Origin: an uncultured Gemmatimonadales bacterium
GTDB lineage: Bacteria; Gemmatimonadota; Glassbacteria; GWA2-58-10
Length of the DNA: 64,000 bases
Direction: 5' to 3'
Assembly: GCA_964548275.1 (NCBI GenBank)
Contig: CAZJQI010000004.1
Location: 13,149-77,148, forward strand
Of this stretch, positions 1 through 9,226 are shown one piece after another. Position 1 is the stretch's first letter, and each line of letters begins with the position of its first letter. A program made the position numbers and the translations under genes. The notes beneath the pieces are model-generated. The model was not told where the DNA came from. It did not search any database and saw only the letters and a program-made list of their open reading frames with translations.

Positions 1-1005
1 GAGTATCTGGTAGCCGGCTCTTTTCTCGCGCTGGACAGGAATTTTAACGCCGAGATCCGGGTTTACGATTTGGGTTTGGAAGATCTGGTATTTTTGAAGA
101 ACTATAACGTTGATTTAAACCATTACCGCCGGGTGGCTCACGGCATCTCGGACGATATCGTTCTCAATGTCACCGGAGACATGGGAGTCGCCTCTACCCT
201 TATCTCCTTTACCAGGAAAACTTCCAGCCAGACGAGCGAAGTTTTTGTCTTCGATTACGACGGGTACAATATGGTCCAGGTGACTAACGATAGTTCTGTA
301 ACCAAGCTGCCCTCCTGGAACCCGGACGGCACTAAAATCGCCTATACTTCCTATAAAGGGAACGTGGATCTTTATACCGTGGAGCTGGAAACCGGATTAA
401 CCCGGGCTCTCCAGGCCGCCCGGGGTGTGGACATGGCAGCGAGCTGGTGCCGGCGCAACGGGTTTCTGGCTTTTTCAAGCGGTTTCAGCGGCAACCAGGA
501 GATATATTTTCTGCGCCCCGGCGAGGCCAAACTTCAGCGGCTCACTTTCAGCTATGCCACCGACACGGAACCCTCATGGTCCCCTAACGGCGAGGAAATC
601 GCCTTCTGGAGCGACCGGGCAGGCAACCCCCACGTATTTGTCATGGGCGCCGACGGCCTCAACGTGCGAAGGCTCACTTTTGAAAGCCGCAATACTACCC
701 CACGCTGGAGGCCCCTGCCTTACGGGGACAAAATCCTGATGACCAGCGAAATCATGGGGGTGTTCCAGATCGCCATTATCGATACCAACGGCGACAACTT
801 TATTCAGCTCACCACTGAAGGTGAGAACCGCCACACTTGCTGGAGCCCGGACGGATTGCATATTGTGTTCGCCTCCAACCGGCGCGGCGGCTACGGGAAT
901 TTCGAAATCTATACAATGGACTGGGACGGCAATTCTCAAAGGCCGCTGAGCCAAATATTTCGTCACGGAAAAGAACCTTCCTGGTCGCCTTTTCTCAACA
1001 GGTGA
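1..1005 (+). CDS. tolB: TolB beta-propeller protein, 5'-truncated at window edge
   Basis: The reading frame is open from position 1. The protein has repeated WD40-like propeller motifs (SWNPDG, SWSPNG, CWSPDG). It is followed by pal and ybgF, the canonical Tol-Pal order. Confidence 0.8.
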   Translation, partial: EYLVAGSFLALDRNFNAEIRVYDLGLEDLVFLKNYNVDLNHYRRVAHGISDDIVLNVTGDMGVASTLISFTRKTSSQTSEVFVFDYDGYNMVQVTNDSSVTKLPSWNPDGTKIAYTSYKGNVDLYTVELETGLTRALQAARGVDMAASWCRRNGFLAFSSGFSGNQEIYFLRPGEAKLQRLTFSYATDTEPSWSPNGEEIAFWSDRAGNPHVFVMGADGLNVRRLTFESRNTTPRWRPLPYGDKILMTSEIMGVFQIAIIDTNGDNFIQLTTEGENRHTCWSPDGLHIVFASNRRGGYGNFEIYTMDWDGNSQRPLSQIFRHGKEPSWSPFLNR

Positions 1006-1089
1006 TCAGCCACAGTCCACCTTAAGATGGATCAATGCATAAATTCTTTTGTAAAAAAGTGTTTGATTTTTTTTAAAGGCCATTGTATC

Positions 1090-1117
1090 TTGACAAAAGC
1101 TGATATTAGTGTATAAT
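1090..1117 (+). promoter_or_regulatory. Near-consensus sigma70 promoter (TTGACA-16 nt-TATAAT) in the tolB-pal intergenic region
   Basis: ttgaca lies at 1090-1095 and tataat at 1112-1117, a perfect match to both hexamers. This would be an internal promoter for pal. Confidence 0.5.
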
Positions 1118-1235
1118 CATATGTACGTTTCACGGACATTTCCTTTTAATTCAACAGTTCCAGCATGGGTAATTAATTCTGGAATAATTTTCCGTTTACC
1201 GTTTCTGCCAAACCTCTAATTTATGGGGGTGTTCT

Positions 1236-1769
1236 GTGAAGAAGAACTTTATGGTTTTTCCGCTTGCAGTATTTGTTCTGGTGATAATTGCCCTTGGTTG
1301 TCACAAAAAGGAAGCACCACCCCCTCCGCCGCCTCCGCCCCCTGTTGTGGAAAAGAAACCGGAGCCGCCCAAGGTCGACAGCACGGCGATCTGGGCACGG
1401 CAGCGTGCTGAGAAACTTGCAAAAGCCAAGAGTGAAATTGAAGCTAAGAGGATCCATTTCGATTTCGATAAAAGCAATATCAAACTCGAATTCCGTTCGG
1501 TTCTGATGGAAATCACCAGCACGATGAAAGAATTTTCCGAAATCAGAATCAGAATCGAGGGACATTGCGACGAAAGGGGCACCGAAGCTTATAACATGGC
1601 TCTCGGTGAACGCCGGTCGAATTCGGCCAGGCAGTTCCTGATCGATTCGGGTATATCCGGAGACCGGGTTGATACCAAGAGCTGGGGCGAGGTAAGGCCT
1701 GCGGCCATGGCGCATAACGAGGAAGCCTGGTCAAAGAACAGAAGAGACGAGTTTATCGTTACGAATTAG
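1236..1769 (+). CDS. pal: Peptidoglycan-associated lipoprotein Pal (OmpA-like C-terminal domain)
   Basis: It has a signal peptide with lipobox IALGC and a poly-Pro linker (P9). The OmpA-family motif EGHCDERGTxxYNxALGERR is present. It lies downstream of tolB. Confidence 0.85.
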   Translation: MKKNFMVFPLAVFVLVIIALGCHKKEAPPPPPPPPPVVEKKPEPPKVDSTAIWARQRAEKLAKAKSEIEAKRIHFDFDKSNIKLEFRSVLMEITSTMKEFSEIRIRIEGHCDERGTEAYNMALGERRSNSARQFLIDSGISGDRVDTKSWGEVRPAAMAHNEEAWSKNRRDEFIVTN

Positions 1770-1960
1770 CTCCGGGTCGGGTTTGATTTAGTTTCTTGCT
1801 CCAGAAGAGAACCTCGGCGAAAGAGGCAGCTCTAGTATCCGATGCCTCTTTCGCTGTTTCCTCTCTACGGTGGGTTTAGCCGTGTAATCCACCATCCGTT
1901 TCAGCCTCGATTGGGCGCCGGAACATTGGCGCCCAATACTTCTATTAGGGCTGGATATCC

Positions 1961-2752
1961 ATGCAAAAGCCAATCATTAAAAAGCCGGGTTGGCTCAGGG
2001 GAATTAATTTTTGCGTGGGCCTTTGCGCGCCTGTGTTGCTTTTCGGCCTGGCAGTCTCCATTTCCGGCTGCGGAGGAGCCTCAGCCGAACAGATAGAACT
2101 TCTGCGTGCCGAGGTTTTCTCCCTCAAGCAGGACCAGCGCCAGCTAAAACACCAGATTATCGTGCTCGACAGCCTGATTGGCCAGAAAGTCCAGGCGCTG
2201 GACAATTTCAGCGCCGATTTTGGCACGGATGTGCGCTCATTGAGCCAGCGCCTGTCAGTGATCGAGCAGCGATTGGCTGATACAGAGGGACTTCTCTTAC
2301 GTTTACAAGGCAGGGTGTCTGCGGCAACTCTGGCGCCCCCGGGCGGTGGGCAGACTCAGCCCGAAAAGGCTCAGCCGCAAAAAATCAGCGCCACGGAAAT
2401 ATTTGACATCGCCTATAAGGACTTTAACTCCTCCAAACACCAGTTGGCTATCGAGGGATTCAGCGATTTTATCGAGCGTTTTCCCGATAACCCCATGGCC
2501 GCGGAAGCTTACTTTTATATCGGCAGCAGCTATCAGGCGCTGAAAAAGTACGAGAAGGCGATAGAAAGTTATAAGACAATAGCCGAAAGGTTTCCGGATT
2601 TACAGCAGCACCCTGATGCACTGGTCAGGATCGGAGACTGCTTGATAAAGCTCGGTGAAAAATCCAGAGCAGAGTTTTACTACGAGTCGGTGATTCAAAG
2701 GTTTCCCGATTCTGATGCCGCCTCTCATGCCCGCGCCAGATTGAACCCGTAA
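1961..2752 (+). CDS. cpoB: Tol-Pal system protein YbgF/CpoB (coiled coil plus TPR repeats)
   Basis: It has an N-terminal signal or TM segment, a coiled coil, and C-terminal TPR-like repeats (AEAYFYIGSSYQALKKYEKAIESY). Its position after pal supports the call. Confidence 0.65.
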   Translation: MQKPIIKKPGWLRGINFCVGLCAPVLLFGLAVSISGCGGASAEQIELLRAEVFSLKQDQRQLKHQIIVLDSLIGQKVQALDNFSADFGTDVRSLSQRLSVIEQRLADTEGLLLRLQGRVSAATLAPPGGGQTQPEKAQPQKISATEIFDIAYKDFNSSKHQLAIEGFSDFIERFPDNPMAAEAYFYIGSSYQALKKYEKAIESYKTIAERFPDLQQHPDALVRIGDCLIKLGEKSRAEFYYESVIQRFPDSDAASHARARLNP

Positions 2753-2754
2753 AG

Positions 2755-3219
2755 ATGATATGTCCATACTGTAGTCGTCTTGATAGTAGAGTTGTTGACT
2801 CACGCTCGGTGAAAGATGGTTTGCTGATCCGGCGCCGGCGGGAGTGCGCAAGCTGCAAAAGGCGGTTCACCACCTACGAATACGTGGAAAAAACCCCCCT
2901 CATGGTGGTCAAGAACGACGGGCGCCGGGAACCGTACAACCGGGAAAAGCTCAAGATGGGCTTGATTACCGCCTGCAAAAAACGTCCCGTTCGGATGGAT
3001 GATATTGACAGTTTGATTCTTTCGGTTGAAAAGGCAATCGACAGCTTGAATGCAAACGAGATACCCAGCAAGTTTCTGGGCGAAGAGGTAGTCAAACACC
3101 TCAAAGAACTTGACCCGGTTGCCTATGTGCGTTTCGCCTCCGTTTATTACCGGTTTGAAGCTGTCTCTGAGTTCGAGAAAAAAATAAAAGAACTGGTTCC
3201 GGAAGAGGATAAAAAGTAG
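2755..3219 (+). CDS. nrdR: Transcriptional repressor NrdR
   Basis: It begins MICPYCS...SRVVDSR with a CxxC...CxxC zinc ribbon. An ATP-cone follows. Confidence 0.9.
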   Translation: MICPYCSRLDSRVVDSRSVKDGLLIRRRRECASCKRRFTTYEYVEKTPLMVVKNDGRREPYNREKLKMGLITACKKRPVRMDDIDSLILSVEKAIDSLNANEIPSKFLGEEVVKHLKELDPVAYVRFASVYYRFEAVSEFEKKIKELVPEEDKK

Positions 3220-3231
3220 AAGCAGGATCGA

Positions 3232-4563
3232 ATGTTTAAAGAAGCAACTTTCAAGGGCGGAGTGTATCCGCCCGAGTCCAAAGCAGCAACTTCTGATAAG
3301 CCGATCAAAACCCTGGGATTACCTGACAACGTAATCCTTCCCCTTCAGCAGCATATCGGTGCTCCGCTGGAAGTCGCCATCGAACCCGGAGACAAGGTTA
3401 AGGTTGGCTCAGTGATCGCAAAACCTACCGGGTTTGTCAGCGTCCCCCTTCATTCATCTGTTTCCGGCGAGGTCAAATCGATCTCCGATCAGATGCATCC
3501 AACCGGTGTCAGAATGCAAGCTGTCACAATCGAAAGCGACGGAGAGGACGCCTGGGAAGAGCTGAAGATTGATAGCCGGACGCATTACGAACTGTCTGTT
3601 GACGAACTCAAGCAGAGAATCCAGGATGCAGGTATCGTGGGCCTGGGTGGAGCTGCCTTTCCCACTCATGTCAAGCTTTCCCCTCCGGCTGGAAAGCCAA
3701 TCGATACTTTTATTCTTAACGGCGCCGAGTGCGAGCCCTATCTCACCGCAGACCACCGACAGATGCTCGAGCGAAAAAAAGAACTGATCGAGGGTGTCAA
3801 GATGATCGTGCGGATATTGGGCAACGAAAGGACGATTGTCGCGATCGAGCGCAACAAGCCTGACGCAATAGAGGTTCTCGAGGAGTTCTGCCGCAAGGAG
3901 GGCAATTTCGAAGTGGTCGGGCTGAAAACCAAATATCCCCAGGGCGGCGAAAAACAGCTTATCGAGGCCCTCACCGGCAGGGAGGTGCCAAGCGGGGGCC
4001 TGCCCATGGATGTAGGCTGCCTGGTGCAGAACGTTTCCACAGTGCTTGCTGTTTACGAAGCAGTCATAGAAGGAAGGCCGCTGATTGAAAAGGTGGTTAC
4101 ACTCACCGGTTCCGCGGTAACCAATCCCGGCAACTACAAGGTTCGGGTGGGCACCCTGGTAGAGGAGGTGATCAAACAGGTCGAGGGGGAGGTGTCCGGG
4201 AACCTGGGTAAGGCGATTATGGGAGGCCCGATGATGGGCATTGCGCTGCCCTCGCTGGATGTCCCCATCATTAAAGGAACGAACGGCCTGGTGCTGTTAT
4301 CCGATCCGGTTCCGGTGGCCCTTCACCAGCCCTGCATCCGTTGCGGCAGCTGTGTGGATACCTGCCCGGTGCGGTTGATACCATGCGAACTGGCTCTTTT
4401 TGCCGAAAACGAACGCTGGGATAAATGCCGTGAGTACTTTGTCAAGGATTGTATCGAGTGCGGCGCCTGCGGATACACCTGTCCGGCTGGGCGCAACCTT
4501 GTACAATTGATAAGATATGGCAAGTATACGGTGATCAGTGAGGATCAAAAGAAAAATAAATGA
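3232..4563 (+). CDS. rnfC: Rnf electron transport complex subunit C
   Basis: RnfC/NqrA-like N-terminus. The C-terminal part carries two 4Fe-4S ferredoxin motifs (CIRCGSCVDTCP, CIECGACGYTCP). Confidence 0.85.
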   Translation: MFKEATFKGGVYPPESKAATSDKPIKTLGLPDNVILPLQQHIGAPLEVAIEPGDKVKVGSVIAKPTGFVSVPLHSSVSGEVKSISDQMHPTGVRMQAVTIESDGEDAWEELKIDSRTHYELSVDELKQRIQDAGIVGLGGAAFPTHVKLSPPAGKPIDTFILNGAECEPYLTADHRQMLERKKELIEGVKMIVRILGNERTIVAIERNKPDAIEVLEEFCRKEGNFEVVGLKTKYPQGGEKQLIEALTGREVPSGGLPMDVGCLVQNVSTVLAVYEAVIEGRPLIEKVVTLTGSAVTNPGNYKVRVGTLVEEVIKQVEGEVSGNLGKAIMGGPMMGIALPSLDVPIIKGTNGLVLLSDPVPVALHQPCIRCGSCVDTCPVRLIPCELALFAENERWDKCREYFVKDCIECGACGYTCPAGRNLVQLIRYGKYTVISEDQKKNK

Positions 4564-4667
4564 TCCAGCAATTTTTTTCCTGCGTTTGCTTAAAATATAA
4601 GATTTAAGATAATTGAAGGAACAGGGAATGCCCCGCTCTGCTTTAACTTCAGCCTGATTTAAAGGCG

Positions 4668-5708
4668 ATGATATTAAAAGTTTCCAGTTCGCCGCATATT
4701 TTCACCAGCGAATCTATCCCAAAGATTATGCTGGCAGTGGTGATTTCACTGGTTCCGGCCGCTGTCGGCGCGGTTTATTTTTTCGGAGCTCACGCGCTTG
4801 TTTTGATCGTTCTGGCAGTGGCCTCAGCAGTGGGAACCGAGGCATTATGCCAGAAATTGAGAGGTATCCCGGTTACAGTAAACAACTGTTCGGCCTTTGT
4901 GACCGGGATCCTGCTGGCTTTCAATCTCCCGGCGAATGCTCCCTGGTGGATGGCCGTTCTGGGCAGCGCCTTCGCCATTGCCATTGTCAAGGAGCTTTTC
5001 GGCGGGATCGGTTACAATATCTGGAACCCGGCACTTGCCGCCCGGGCCTTTCTGCTTGCTTCCTGGCCCACGACAATGATCTCGAGCACAGAATTTCCCG
5101 CGCCTCGTGGAGGAAGCTTGAGCGGCGTGGAGCTTGAGGGTATCACCCAGGCTACCCCACTTCAGCTTATCAAGAATACCATCACCCCCATATTCGAAAG
5201 GGCGGAGTCGGTTTCGGCGGCCCAGGTGGAAAATACCCGCCGCGTGCTCGAACAGATGGCGAGCGCCGATTATTACGGAGCGCTTTTTTGGGGCAGGGTC
5301 GGCGGGGTGATCGGTGAAACTTCGGCTGCGCTGCTGATCCTCGGCGGAATTTTCCTGCTGGCCAGGGGTTATATCGACTGGCGGGTGCCGGTGGGCTATA
5401 TCGGTACCGTGGCAGTGCTGGCGTGGGTTTTCGGTGGGCCGGAGGGCTATTTTACCGGTAACGTGGGCTTTCACATTTTAAGCGGCGGCCTACTGCTTGG
5501 CGCATTTTTCATGGCCACTGACATGGTCACCTCACCGATTACATGCAAGGGGAAATGGATTTTCGCAGTGGGCTGCGGGGTTTTTACCATGTTGATTCGG
5601 CTCAAGGGAGGCTATCCTGAGGGAGTGTCATACGCGATCCTGCTGATGAACACCGCCACGCCTCTGATCGATATCTACACCAAGCCGAAGATTTACGGAG
5701 GAAACTGA
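4668..5708 (+). CDS. rnfD: Rnf complex subunit D (NqrB/RnfD family membrane protein)
   Basis: Polytopic membrane protein placed between rnfC and rnfG. RnfD-like TSP motif region (MATDMVTSP). Confidence 0.85.
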   Translation: MILKVSSSPHIFTSESIPKIMLAVVISLVPAAVGAVYFFGAHALVLIVLAVASAVGTEALCQKLRGIPVTVNNCSAFVTGILLAFNLPANAPWWMAVLGSAFAIAIVKELFGGIGYNIWNPALAARAFLLASWPTTMISSTEFPAPRGGSLSGVELEGITQATPLQLIKNTITPIFERAESVSAAQVENTRRVLEQMASADYYGALFWGRVGGVIGETSAALLILGGIFLLARGYIDWRVPVGYIGTVAVLAWVFGGPEGYFTGNVGFHILSGGLLLGAFFMATDMVTSPITCKGKWIFAVGCGVFTMLIRLKGGYPEGVSYAILLMNTATPLIDIYTKPKIYGGN

Positions 5709-5710
5709 CT

Positions 5711-6280
5711 GTGAGCGAGATTTTCAAACTGGCAGGAATGCTCACCCTGATTACCGGGATTGCGGCTACAGCGCTTTCCAATGTCTACATGCTCACTCGT
5801 GACAGGATCGCCCAGGTGGAGAGCGCACTGGAGGCAGCGGCCAGACGTACCGCCCTGCCGGAAGCGGTCGTTTTTACAGCCGATACCACTGCAGACGGAT
5901 TCGTTTTCTACCATGGCTGGGCGGACAGTTCCGCCAGCGGAGAACCGGTAGGCTATATCGCCCTGGCTCTCGGCAAGGGGTATTCGAGCAGGATCCGCAC
6001 GATGGTCGGTGTGGACAGCGAGATGAATATAACCGGTATCAAGATCGCTTTTCAGCAGGAAACCCCGGGTCTGGGCACCCGGATCGAAGAGGTGAGGAAA
6101 GGGGATGACGCCCCCTGGTTCCAGGAGCAGTTCAGAGGCAAGATCCTGGAATATCTCGAGGTCGTCCGCACAGCCGACCCAGAGAGGATCGAGGCGATTA
6201 CCGGTGCCACGATCAGTTCGGAAGCAGTGACAAACTCGGTGCGCGAAGCAGTCGAAAAACTTCAGAAAGTTATCCAATAA
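5711..6280 (+). CDS. rnfG: Rnf complex subunit G (FMN-binding)
   Basis: N-terminal TM segment plus FMN_bind motif ITGATISS. Correct position in the cluster. Confidence 0.8.
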   Translation: MSEIFKLAGMLTLITGIAATALSNVYMLTRDRIAQVESALEAAARRTALPEAVVFTADTTADGFVFYHGWADSSASGEPVGYIALALGKGYSSRIRTMVGVDSEMNITGIKIAFQQETPGLGTRIEEVRKGDDAPWFQEQFRGKILEYLEVVRTADPERIEAITGATISSEAVTNSVREAVEKLQKVIQ

Positions 6281-6299
6281 ACCAGCAGGGAGCTCTATC

Positions 6300-6899
6300 T
6301 TGTCGGCCTGGAAAATATTTGTTCGCGGTTTATGGGAGGATGTCCCGCTGTTCAGGCTGGTACTCGGCCTGTGCCCGGCGCTGGCAGTGACGACTTCTCT
6401 GAGAAACGGGTTGGGGATGGGCCTGGCCACCATGAGCGTTCTTCTGGGCTCCAACTTCGTGGTTTCCCTGGTTCGCAAAGCTATACCGGCAAAGATCCGC
6501 ATCCCCTCTTTTATCGTGGTTATCGCCAGTTTTGTTACTATTGTGGACCTGGTGATGCATGGTTTTACCCCTGAGTTGCACAAGGCGCTGGGAATTTTTA
6601 TCCCGCTTATCGTGGTAAATTGCCTTATTCTGGGAAGGGCGGAGGCTTTTGCCAGCAAGAACAGCCTCGGTAGATCGCTTCTGGATGCCGCAGGCATGGG
6701 ACTTGGCTTCACCCTGGCGCTCTGCATTCTCGGCTCCGTGCGCGAGATTCTCGGCTCTGGTACAATCGGCGGGTTTGTTCTAACTCCTGAAAGCTATCGC
6801 CCCGTTCTGCTCCTTATCCTGCCGCCCGGAGGTTTTATCGTCTACGGCCTGTTGATTGCATGGTTTAATCTTCTGGATTCGAAAAGAGGCGGGAGATGA
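6300..6899 (+). CDS. rnfE: Rnf complex subunit E
   Basis: RnfA/RnfE/NqrDE family membrane protein. It overlaps the rnfA start by 4 nt. Confidence 0.8.
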   Translation: MSAWKIFVRGLWEDVPLFRLVLGLCPALAVTTSLRNGLGMGLATMSVLLGSNFVVSLVRKAIPAKIRIPSFIVVIASFVTIVDLVMHGFTPELHKALGIFIPLIVVNCLILGRAEAFASKNSLGRSLLDAAGMGLGFTLALCILGSVREILGSGTIGGFVLTPESYRPVLLLILPPGGFIVYGLLIAWFNLLDSKRGGR

Positions 6900-7483
6900 A
6901 TATCGATTCGCTGTTTGTGATAGTAATCAGTACGATTTTTGTTAATAATTTCGTGCTCTCACGCTTTCTGGGTCTCTGCCCGTTTCTGGGGGTGAGCCGG
7001 AACCTCAACAGCTCTTTCGGCATGGGCATGGCGGTGATTTTCGTGATGACCATCGCTTCCTTTGTCACCTGGCCGATCTACCAGTTGGTACTCGTTCCCT
7101 ACGGCATTACCTACCTTCGCACGATAGTCTTTATCCTCGTCATCGCCGGCCTGGTGCAGTTTGTCGAGATGGTGATGAACAAAACTGCTCCGGCGCTCTA
7201 CCAGGCGCTCGGCATATTTCTGCCGCTGATCACCACCAACTGCGCCATTCTGGGTGTGGCGGTGCTCAATATCGAGGATGAACTGACATTGATCGAGTCC
7301 CTGGTGCAGGGTCTCTCAGCCGGGATCGGTTTTACCCTGGCCCTGGTTTTGATGGCCGGGATCAGGGAACGGCTGGAACTGGGACAGGTCCCCGAAAGCT
7401 TGCGCGGGGTACCGATTGCCCTGATATGTGCGGGGTTGATGTCGATCGCTTTCCTGGGTTTCGCAGGCTTTTCGATTAAGTGA
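6896..7483 (+). CDS. rnfA: Rnf complex subunit A
   Basis: RnfA/NqrE-family polytopic membrane protein that is paralogous to the preceding gene. Confidence 0.85.
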   Translation: MNIDSLFVIVISTIFVNNFVLSRFLGLCPFLGVSRNLNSSFGMGMAVIFVMTIASFVTWPIYQLVLVPYGITYLRTIVFILVIAGLVQFVEMVMNKTAPALYQALGIFLPLITTNCAILGVAVLNIEDELTLIESLVQGLSAGIGFTLALVLMAGIRERLELGQVPESLRGVPIALICAGLMSIAFLGFAGFSIK

Positions 7484-7499
7484 CCGGGATGATACAATA

Positions 7500-7778
7500 A
7501 TGGCCGACAAAGATAAAAATAATCACGTGCCGATGGAACCTTCTTTCCTGACTGTTGTAATGATGTTAAGCGGCAGTGCGGCGGGCTATCTTGAGGCAGC
7601 CGGAAACGAGGAGTTAGAGGACAAAAGGACTGAAAACCTCGAATTGGCCCGCTTCACGATTGACCTTCTCGGCGTGCTCGAAACCAAAACCAAGGGCAAC
7701 CTGAGCGAGGAAGAAAACCAGGTGCTCCAGAAATCCCTGGCCGATTTACGATTGCTTTACGTGAAAGCCACAGGGTGA
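7500..7778 (+). CDS. Small conserved protein, DUF1844-like (recalled from memory)
   Basis: The 92 aa protein has the motifs PSFLTVVMML...LELARFTIDLLGVLETKTKGNLSEEE...LRLLYV. These resemble the DUF1844 family. It is the last gene of the rnf operon. Confidence 0.45.
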   Translation: MADKDKNNHVPMEPSFLTVVMMLSGSAAGYLEAAGNEELEDKRTENLELARFTIDLLGVLETKTKGNLSEEENQVLQKSLADLRLLYVKATG

Positions 7779-7896
7779 TATACTCAAGTCTCTCCCGTAA
7801 CAGGAAAGGTTCATTGATAATAACTGCTTAATCTTTTCTATTTTAGATTTCTTTATTATATTAATATTTGTTTTACAGATATCTTGTTCTGTTACG

Positions 7897-7930
7897 GTTC
7901 CTCCTTTCCATTTGAGGAGGAATTTTTTTA
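7897..7930 (+). terminator. Putative rho-independent terminator closing the rnf operon
   Basis: Stem ttcctcc/ggaggaa followed by a T7 run. Its exact register is uncertain. Confidence 0.4.
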
Positions 7931-9198
7931 ATCTTCCTTGCAGGGTAAGATTCTTGTCTGAATTGAAATTCAAAAAGAACTACAGAGTGCATAACTTCAT
8001 TAAATCCATATACTTGCCGGTATTTTTTCTCTCCTTTATTCTATCGCTATTATCCGGTTGCACGGAAACTACCCGGAACACCTCAGGGTTCGTTCTGCTC
8101 CCCGAGAATATTGTCGGCGGACTGCCGGAAGAGAAAGAATTCCACCAGGCTCTTGAAATAACAGAGGTAGCCAGCGCACCGCTCAATAAAGGCGAAATGA
8201 CCCGGATTTTCGTAGGCGGCAGGGGTGATTTTCTGATGCGTTCCGCTCTCGATTTCCGCATCGACCTGCCAGAGGATGCAGAAATTGTCTCTGGAATCCT
8301 TCACCTTTACGTTTTGGGCGTAAGTGGAGAGTTGCCGATAAATCTCTCGGTGCACCTGTTGGAGGAGAATTTCGAAGAAACCGAGGTGACATACCAACGC
8401 GCTTCGGATGACCAGCTCTGGAGTACTCCCGGCGGTGATTTCAGCAGCGAGCCGATCGGTCAAGCCTCTTTCGAGGGCAACTATAGCGATACCCTCGTCG
8501 TGGAGCTGGACAAGAATGCCTTGAACGATTACATCTCCACTGGCGCGATAGACCTGCCGTTTATTATCCTCGCCGACAATCGGAATTCCTACCTGGGCCT
8601 TGTCGCCAGGGAGTCGATCCCGACCCAGCCCGTGGCCTCGCGACTGGATCTGATCTACAAGCTGAGCGGTGGGACCACTCAGAGCCTGCTCGAGCGCAGG
8701 GCATTAAAGGACGCCACGATTGCCCAGTACGACGGGACGATCAATGGGGATGAGTATCTGATAGTCGGAGAACTTCCCTCAAGCCAGGTCTTTTTCGCCT
8801 ATGATCTGAGCGCTTTACCGTCCCTGGCCACGGTAAACCAGGCACAGCTACACCTCTGGATAGCCGGCAGGGCGATTGTGGACAGCTTCCATGTGGCTGT
8901 ACATACGGCCCATGAATTATCTTTCGTTCCACCAGAGGAGCTTTTCCTCGGCCAGGCTCAAGGGGTAGGCATGGCTGATTCTTCCATTATTATGGATGTC
9001 ACCCTGGCCTTTCAGAGATTGATCCTGGAAGGGCCTGGACACACTGGTCCAAATTATATTGTCGTTTCGAGTTTCAGCAGAACCAATATCGCCGGTTTCC
9101 TGGAAATTTATCCGCCTGGGGGGGAAGATATCCAGCGGCGGCCGTATTTTAAACTGATCTATTCGGATGCACCGGAAGCTGCGAAACCGCGAAAATAA
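7912..9198 (+). CDS. Hypothetical secreted lipoprotein; the biological start is probably further downstream
   Basis: The signal peptide KFKKNYRVHNFIKSIYLPVFFLSFILSLLSGC carries a lipobox. The track start lies inside the putative terminator, so the true start is probably the TTG near 7963 or the GTG near 7984. No recognisable domain was found. Confidence 0.5.
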   Translation: MRRNFFNLPCRVRFLSELKFKKNYRVHNFIKSIYLPVFFLSFILSLLSGCTETTRNTSGFVLLPENIVGGLPEEKEFHQALEITEVASAPLNKGEMTRIFVGGRGDFLMRSALDFRIDLPEDAEIVSGILHLYVLGVSGELPINLSVHLLEENFEETEVTYQRASDDQLWSTPGGDFSSEPIGQASFEGNYSDTLVVELDKNALNDYISTGAIDLPFIILADNRNSYLGLVARESIPTQPVASRLDLIYKLSGGTTQSLLERRALKDATIAQYDGTINGDEYLIVGELPSSQVFFAYDLSALPSLATVNQAQLHLWIAGRAIVDSFHVAVHTAHELSFVPPEELFLGQAQGVGMADSSIIMDVTLAFQRLILEGPGHTGPNYIVVSSFSRTNIAGFLEIYPPGGEDIQRRPYFKLIYSDAPEAAKPRK

Positions 9199-9226
9199 AA
9201 GTCGCCTCAAAAGCTGGTAGGTAGTA

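Noticed and set aside
425-966. Internal ORFs inside tolB (425-739 on the + strand, 574-966 on the - strand)
   Set aside because: Alternative frames within a well-supported TolB beta-propeller coding region.
5693-6727. Long antisense ORFs opposite real genes (5693-6727, 28629-29597, 29489-30754, 35238-36350, 54211-55050, 55197-56693, 59537-60553, 32345-33274 and others)
   Set aside because: Their sense-strand partners have clear family signatures. Stop-free antisense frames are typical of GC-rich coding DNA. The antisense translations are low-complexity (R/G/P-rich) with no recognisable domains.
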